NCBI RefSeq assembly: GCF_000281045.1
Contig: NW_008246095.1
Coordinates: 502,526-566,525 of the forward strand
Origin: Saprolegnia diclina VS20
Taxonomy: Eukaryota
Direction of reading: 5' to 3'
DNA: 64,000 nucleotides
The translations under genes and the position numbers were made by a program. The notes under the pieces were generated by a model. The model did not search any database, had not been told where the DNA came from, and saw only the letters and a list, made by a program, of their open reading frames with translations. Every line of letters starts with the position of its first letter. Position 1 is the first letter of the stretch. Shown piece after piece: positions 57,006 to 64,000 of the stretch.

Positions 57006-60000
57006 TCAAATGTACCGGATAGGAACTGATGGTCGCACTGGGTCGTCGGTCGGACCAGATCCAGACGTCGGTGGTGGTACCGGCGTCGAGGTCGGTGGGG
57101 GTGTCGGCATCGTGTCCGACGTCGCTGGGGGCAGTCCTACAGAACAAGCGTCGTGAGCCCAAACGACGAGGCAAATGGGCGTGCTATATACCTGGCGCCG
57201 GCTCGGGAAAGCTAGCGGCAACTTGAAACGTGAGCGCTGCGAGCTGCTTGCTCTTCTTGATGACGTCGTCGGGACTCAAGACGGGCGTCGCCACAATCTC
57301 GAGGTGCGACTTGTGGGGCTCCATGTTGAGTGGAATCGGAATCGGCGGCGACGGCACCTTCTTTTTGACCGACATGAGCACGGCTTCCATCGTACTCCGA
57401 AACTGCGACACGTCTTGCTCCTGGACGACGGCTGGCGGCTTGAGCACGACGGCCGACGTCTTGCGCAACGGCGGCGGCGGAATGCCCCCAAAGGTCGTGG
57501 CGGGGTACTTGAGGAGAAGCCCACTCGTATGGACGCCGACACGTGCCGTGAGTGCAGCCGGCGACATGGTGAGCGGCTTCATTTTCACAGGTTTGGCCGC
57601 GTCCTTGTCCTTGAGCGTCGCGTTGGCACTTGTAAGACGCTGGTACTTTTCGTGGCACTGCCGCGCCGACCGGCGTTTCACCATGCTCTGCCGCGTCAAG
57701 ATCTGCGCAATGAGATTCCAGTTGGCGCCGTACATATCGTGGAGCTTCTTCATGAGCGACTCCTCGACAAAGCTCCACCCTTCGCGGGCGAGCTCCGGCG
57801 TTGGCTTGCGCGGTCGCGGCAGCGCCGACGTCACGGGTGTCGACGTCTTGGCCTTCTTGGCCGGTGGCAATGAGCTCTCAATGCCGACTTGGATGCCGCC
57901 GAGAATCGACGTGTCATCCCACGACACCGAGTCGAGCGCATCGAGGTTCGTATCGCCCCAGAAACCGTCGTCGTCAAAGCCACTCGAGTCGGGGAGCGGG
58001 AAGCCCGCATAGTCGGTACTCTTCTTGGAGCTTTCCTTGCGCTTGACGCTGGGACTGCCACCCGGTATCGGCAGCGACGTCTTGTTGAGCAGCTTGTTCT
58101 TCTTGACTTTGGTCGGCTTGGCGTCAGCCTTCTTGTCGGCGGCGGCGGGCGCCGTAGGCGTTGGTGGCTTCTTGGTGCGGTACGCGATCCACAGCGGCGC
58201 GTCATCGACGGGTTCTTTGACAAACGTCGTGGCCGGGTCGTACTCGGGGGCGTGCCACACGTCGTACGCAGGCGAAAGACCCAGCGCTCGGAAGTGGTTG
58301 ACAATCGACGACACGCTGTCGCCGGCAACAGGACACTCGTAGTACAAGCCTGCCGTCGGCTCCTGCTTCCACGCGTCGACGCGGTGCGCGTCAACCATTT
58401 CGTCGTACGACCGGGGCGCGCTGTCGTCTTTGATTGGCTCGATCGCTGCCTTGGACGGGCGATTCGGCGGTTGCTTCTCCTTGAGCGACTGCACGAGGTG
58501 CACAGCGTACCACTCGACCGGCGTCAGCTCGTCATTGTTGGAGAGCAGCAAGTGTTCTTCGAGTTCGAGCTCGCCGCCGGTCGTGAGGGGCGCCTCGAGC
58601 GCATAAATATCGCCGTCGAGCGCGCTGTTGCAGTACTTTTCCATTGCTTCGGCGCGCGCCATGGCTTTCGGAAGGTCCGGCGTCGACACCGACCACCACG
58701 ACGGGCACTCGATACCCTTGAAAGCCGACGACGCCACACACTCGGCCGGCGTCATCTCCCCAAAGAGCTTCTCCGAGAGGACCGCGCCGACACGCAAAAA
58801 CGACGCCTCGAGCGTCGACTCGCTGTAGAGCCGAAAGACGGGCACGTCGATCGTGGTTGCGAGCAGCTGCCACGCAGCGCGAAGCTTCGAGTCGCACATC
58901 GGGTCCCAGTCGCTGTCGAGCACGACAATCTACACGGGCGCATGATGAGACGAACGCGCAAGAGACGGGTCGTACCGCATGCGCGCCATAGACGCACACC
59001 GCGCGGTTCGTGCCCACCGTGCGCGTCCGTGTCGAGAGGATGGCCACTTGCACAGCGTCCTGGAGCGCAAAGTGCGACAATGCGCGGTGCTGGCACGTCG
59101 CCGAGCCCGTGATCCGCACTGTCGAGAAATTGAGCACGTTGGCCGTGAGGTGTTCGATGACCGGCAGCATCGCGTCGCTTTGAAGGTACACGGCCACCTT
59201 GCGCTTCTCGGAGCCCACGAGGCGCCCCAAGAGGTCCAAAAAGGCCGCACACTTGGACGAGCAGCTCGCGATAATCATACGGTCCATCGAGCCGAGCCGG
59301 TCGACGTCCAACGACACGCCGTTGCCGATCGCGCGCAGCCGCAAGAAGAGCCGCAGCCACCCGTCCATGGTCGCCTTGTCGCTGCCCGAGCAAAAGGCTG
59401 CGATCGCGCCAGTATACGCGTTGGCTTGCGACGACGTGAGCGCGACGCCGATTGTCTGCTCCTCAATCTTGCCGAGCTGCGCCTCCATGTCGTTGCGTAT
59501 TCTGCCAAGCGTGAGGGCGCGCAGCGCAATCTGGAGACACGACACCTCGTCCTTGTACGGAAGGCCCGCGCGCTTCATCATGAGCTGCACCGAGCTCGAG
59601 TCCGCAACGTCGTCTTCCCACGCCGACGGTACGTACGGTGTCGACGACGTACCAAGGAGAAAGCCGCCGTAGAGACTCGCGCGCTCGGGTGCCCAGTGCT
59701 CGAGCCCGAGCTCGCTCACAACAATGCGTCGCGAGACATTGGTCAGGCCAAGCGACGGGGTCAGATGCAACGCAAAGTCTTCGACGACAACGACCTGCCA
59801 CGTGTGCTTTTGCAGCACCGCCGCATCCTCGAGGTAGCACGCATGCGGGCAGAGCACGACGTAAATGTCTTGGCGTTCGTGCGGATCGAGGGACGCAGTA
59901 TACTCCTTGTCCCACGTAAGGTGCTGGCGCCGCCGGTCCAGCGGCGTGCCGCCGTAGATCTGAATGCGGCGCGAACCATGGAGCGTCTTGAGGTAGTGAG

Positions 60001-61322
60001 CCCACTTATGCACTTCGGCGTCGGGCACGAGGATCAAGTGCGGGTGCGCACTCGGTGTCTGGAGCTCGAGGTAGCGCAAGAAGAGCGAGACTGTAAACGC
60101 CTTGCCGGTGCCAAGTTGGTCGTTGAGGATGATGTTATAGCCCGCGCTGTGCACGTGCGACATGAAACGGAGCGCGCTCAGCTGGAACGGCGCGAGCTTG
60201 ACGTCCAGGTCCAGCTCGAGCTCTTGCTTCTTCATGAGGTCGCGGGCTTCCTTGCCGACGGCAAAGATCGCAGCCACCAAGTCATGGATCGTCGCCGACG
60301 CGTCCGAGGTGGTCGCCCACGCAAAGTCGACGTGGGCGTCCGAACGCGGCGAGAGGGTCGCATCCTTCGGTGCGGCCCGCGTGTGCAGCTCGACGGACGA
60401 CGGTGACCGGTTGTGGTACCTCGCAGCAATGCGTTCCATGGCGCGCCAGAACGATGCGACCTGCAGAGCGACCGACCGCGCCAGCTTGCGCTTGTCTTGC
60501 TCTTGGTTGCGCTTCTCAAGGCTCTTGGCGTCCGACGCGTCGCGCGCGAGACGCCACGCGCGCGCCCGTTTCCATTGCCGCTCCTCGGCAAAGTCGGTCG
60601 CCATCCAGCGCATCTCGTCAAGGAGCACGTCCCAGTGGCACTTGGTGCGCGGCGGATCGCGCAGCCGCTGCAACTGGCGCTTCTTGCTCGGGCCTTTCTC
60701 GAGCTGCTGCGTCTTCTCCACGTGCAGTCGCAACAAATCGGCAAATGCATTCACCGAGCTCGTCGTGTCAACAGGCGCGGGCTCCTTGACCTTGGTCGCG
60801 GGCAGGCCCAAGTAGGCCGAGTTGAGCGACACGACCGGCGACTGGTAGTGCCGGGTGGGCGCCGCCGACCGCTGGACCTTACGCGGTGGGCTAAGCACCG
60901 CAGGCGGCGAGAGCCGCGTCGGGGACTTGGACTTGGACCGCGTCCGCTTTCGCCTGACAGGCGACCGGCCGTCGTCGGTCTACGAGGTCGTGAGCCGTCC
61001 GCGTGGGCAATATCGCACAAATCGATGCCCCGTGAGACTCGATATTTGTGCCAAACGCATGTATTCGTTGTAAAGGGTGTACCTGTGAAACATGATCTGC
61101 CGCGGCCCGGAGCGCCACGAGCTCGGCCAATAGGCGCGTTTGAAATGGCCCCCAGGTGGCGAGAAAGAGGTCGCGGGGCGCGGCCTAACGAATGCATAAA
61201 GTGTGAGAGGGCGACAGAAGTATACGACTTTGGAACGAAGTCGGCGACTGACGTACCGCGGGCGCGGGGCCGGGGCGGAGGGCGTGGCCGGCGCCGGGGG
61301 AGGGGGCGCCGGTCGAGGCCAT
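57006..61322 (-). CDS. EAF1/p400(Domino)-like chromatin protein: HSA + degenerate SNF2 ATPase + SANT/Myb, 4 exons
   Basis: HSA PRTKCHWDVLLDEMRWMATDFAEERQWK; SNF2-like LAPFQLSALRFM..NIILNDQLGTGKA, PHLILVP, DSDWDP; SANT WSFVEE..YGANWNLIA..RSARQCHEKY; predicted first exon 61322-61257 joined across intron 60980-61256. Confidence 0.8.
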
Positions 61323-62118
61323 GGGGGGGTCGTCGGAGGGGGCGATGGCGATGCGAAGGGGCCGACACGTCGGAGTCGCGGGGCGCGTCGGTCGTCGGTC
61401 GGTCGCGGGCCGCGGAATCGAAAATACGCCAACGCTCGCGGGGCCCGTCCGCTCGTTGTATGGGAGAATGTATGGGGGCGATCTTCAAGCCCTCCCTTTT
61501 TGAAGCCACGTATCCGGATGCGCGCCAAACCGTCCCCACAAATCTAGAATTACCAACGGTGGCGTATCCGGACCATTCAAAGTGCGAGGACACCAGATTT
61601 AGCGTTCCAAGCCGACGCGGCCAGCCACCCAGAAATTGTGAGAATGAGGAGAGAATCGGACTGCTGGATAGTTGGATAGTAAATAGCTGGATCGCTCGTT
61701 CGTGGCGCGGCCAAGCCAATCTAGCATCCGACCAACGCGACTGCTCTGGTGGTTTGATGGCGGCTGTTGCTGGGTTGTTGAAGTCACACGTTGGCGCCAA
61801 GATGCGCTGGACGGGTGGCGGTGCACGTCGATACCTCTGGAGACCACTTATGTCACTTCCATGGCGTGCTAGCCATATAGGACGCTCGCAATAGAGGTAG
61901 CGCCAACAAGCTACGCGGCCACGAGAGATCGCTCAAGCTTGCAGCGCTCGCAACCAAGTTCCGCGGATCATCCACGTCGTCTCTGTTCAAAATGTCAAAA
62001 ACGGTTTCGAGCATCTTTAATAAGAGGCGGTGTGTTTCGAGCATTAGTTAAGCCCCGCGCACAGCTAATTCGGTGCAAAGATCTCTCGGACAGGCCTATA
62101 AATACGACCGGAGCGACG

Positions 62119-63546
62119 ATGCAGCACCGCGTGACGACGCGGCAGGTCGAGCGCACGATGGCGGACCGGCGCCGGATCGAGACGCAGAACACCGAGCTCC
62201 TTCGGTATGCGTCGAGCAACCAAGTGCAGGCGATGGCCAACAAGGGCGACATGGCCGTGCTCGCCAAGCGGCGCGGGAACGCGGCCTTCCAGCGCAACGC
62301 CGAGGCGATGCTTGAAGAGCGCAGCTTTGTCGCGGAGCGCGACCTCAAGCGCAATCTCCGCACAAAGGAGCAGAACGACAGCCTCGCGCGGGCCCTCGAA
62401 GAAGAACGCCGATTGAGCGAGCGCCGCGAGCGCGAGATCCAGCGGATTTGCGAGTCGAGCGAAGAGCTCCGCGAGCTCGAGAGCATGCTCAAGGTCGCGT
62501 ACGTCAACAAGGAGCGATCGGTGCAGCAGGCCGAGCGCGAGACCTTGAGCCAAATCGAAAAGTCGCGCGAGAAGGCCATCGAGACGCAAATGGAGTACGA
62601 CCGGCAGCGCGCCGAGGTCGACATGGCAACGAAGGAAATCGCGCGGCGCGCCGAGGCCGTCGCGAGCAAGCAATCGATCCAAGAGCAGATGCTCGATCGT
62701 CTCAAGCTGTACGAAGAAGCCGCAAAGGAGGCTGAAGTCGACAAGGCCAAGGTCGACGCGATCATGGCGCAAATTCAAGCCGAGGACCGCCACGAGCAGG
62801 AGAAGCGCGAGCGCTATGTCGCCCAAGCACGCATCATGATTGAAGATAGCAAGCTCCAGCGCGCCAACGAACGTGAGGACGCAGCGCGGCGCGATCGCGA
62901 CGAAGACGCTCGGATTGCGCAGTACGGCAAGCGCGTCGAGCAGCGCGAGGCCGGCATCAAGGAAAAGCTCGCCGAGAAGAAGAAGCGCGAAGAAGAGATG
63001 TTCCTCGCGGTCGAGGCCGAGATCCAGCGCCAGCGCAAGGAAGAAGAAGAGTTTGTGCGGCTCCGCGACGAGCTCTGGGAAGAAGAGATGCTCGAGGCGC
63101 ACCGCGAGAAGGCGCGCGCCAAGATGCTGCAAAAGCAAAAGGACCGCGACGAAATGATTCGTTGCAACCAGGAGCAGCAGCGACTCAAGGCCCAAGTGCT
63201 CCACGAGCAAAAGGCCAAGGAAGACGAGTACAATGCTTTTCTCAGGGCCAAGTTTGCGTCGGAAGAGCGCCGCGAAATGGAGATGGAAATCTTCCGCCGC
63301 AAGCAACGGGACGAGTACAAGCAAGCCATTGCCGACCAGAACGCGCTCAAGGTCCAAATGTATCAACTCGAACTGGAGAAGGAGCGCGCCGAGGCCGCGC
63401 GCATTGCCGACGAAGAAGCCTTCAAGAAGCAAATCGTCGAAGAAGCCAAGCGCCGGCTTCTCCAAGACCACGCGACGTCGCTCCAGGGATTCCTGCCCAA
63501 AGGCGTCGCACGTCAAGTATCCCGAGCAGGTCTTGGGTCGCGCTAG
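62119..63546 (+). CDS. MNS1: meiosis-specific nuclear structural protein 1 (TPH coiled coil; ciliary microtubule inner protein)
   Basis: ICESSEELRELESMLKVAYVNKERSVQ and IVEEAKRRLLQDHA..LQGFLPKGV signatures; E/K/R-rich coiled coil throughout. Confidence 0.85.
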   Translation: MQHRVTTRQVERTMADRRRIETQNTELLRYASSNQVQAMANKGDMAVLAKRRGNAAFQRNAEAMLEERSFVAERDLKRNLRTKEQNDSLARALEEERRLSERREREIQRICESSEELRELESMLKVAYVNKERSVQQAERETLSQIEKSREKAIETQMEYDRQRAEVDMATKEIARRAEAVASKQSIQEQMLDRLKLYEEAAKEAEVDKAKVDAIMAQIQAEDRHEQEKRERYVAQARIMIEDSKLQRANEREDAARRDRDEDARIAQYGKRVEQREAGIKEKLAEKKKREEEMFLAVEAEIQRQRKEEEEFVRLRDELWEEEMLEAHREKARAKMLQKQKDRDEMIRCNQEQQRLKAQVLHEQKAKEDEYNAFLRAKFASEERREMEMEIFRRKQRDEYKQAIADQNALKVQMYQLELEKERAEAARIADEEAFKKQIVEEAKRRLLQDHATSLQGFLPKGVARQVSRAGLGSR

Positions 63547-64000
63547 ACATGCACAATTCACGTATGTTAATATATCCCACGTGTGTCCCGCGTCCGAGTG
63601 GCAAGCAGTACGTAAGCTTAGTCGACTACGCTCGATGTTCTTTCGGCTACAATTTAGTACGTGTACTAGATTATAGTCGACTAGCCTCCAGACGCAACAC
63701 GTGTGCACTTGCTGTTTTAGTCTCTTCGTGGTATCGAGTAGCAAGCAGTCAATTCCTTAATCAGCGGCGTGTCTCTACGCCGTCTCGGCGAGTTTGCCCG
63801 TCAACGTCTACCATCCCCATGAAGCATCGACGCTTGACCGATCGCAGGTACCTTGTACTGGAGATAGCGCGGCAAGATGTGACCATAGTCGTCTTCGTCT
63901 TCGACCTACGCGCAGTGAGCTGCATGACGCTGGTGGGACCTCGACACCTTGCCGCCGCAGCAGAGATAAAAATGACGTTCGAAGATGAGCAGTTGCAGCT

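Noticed and set aside
60413..61894. Overlapping 493-aa (+) and 349-aa (-) ORFs and a G-rich tract at ~61257-61345 that could be a G-quadruplex
   Set aside because: The ORFs are explained by high GC; the G-tract is largely the antisense of a Pro/Ala/Gly-rich first exon
62065..63744. 559-aa Leu-rich minus-strand ORF resembling a membrane protein
   Set aside because: Antisense of the GAG/AAG-rich MNS1 coiled coil

Overview
Eukaryotic, GC-rich, gene-dense DNA with short (mostly ~45-75 nt) GT-AG introns. Oomycete-type Inr/FPR promoter elements, a fungal-type FAS, flagellar genes and an expanded LRR family point to an oomycete, most likely Saprolegniales (inference). Gene order: 5' end of a secreted protein, TRM8, 240-nt gap, orphan membrane protein, bromodomain+ET protein, poly(A) polymerase, D-type cyclin, a chimeric relic (duplicated TRP 3' end + acyl-CoA synthetase fragment), TRP/Pkd2-like membrane protein, an intronless 3997-aa single-chain fungal-type fatty acid synthase with two ACPs, a DUF1769-PH-DUF547 protein, an IP3-receptor-like channel, an aldehyde-oxidase-like molybdoflavoenzyme, MORN1, an LRR gene flanked by decayed paralogues, ELP1, TIM22, an HSA/degenerate-SNF2/SANT (EAF1/p400-like) gene and MNS1. 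Best leads: the tandem-ACP FAS, an IP3R with apparently altered filter and ligand residues, a p400-like protein with an apparently dead ATPase, and a recurrent TATCCGGA palindromic motif in intergenic regions. All family calls come from motifs recognised by eye; no searches were run. No CRISPR, rRNA, tRNA or intact transposon was recognised.
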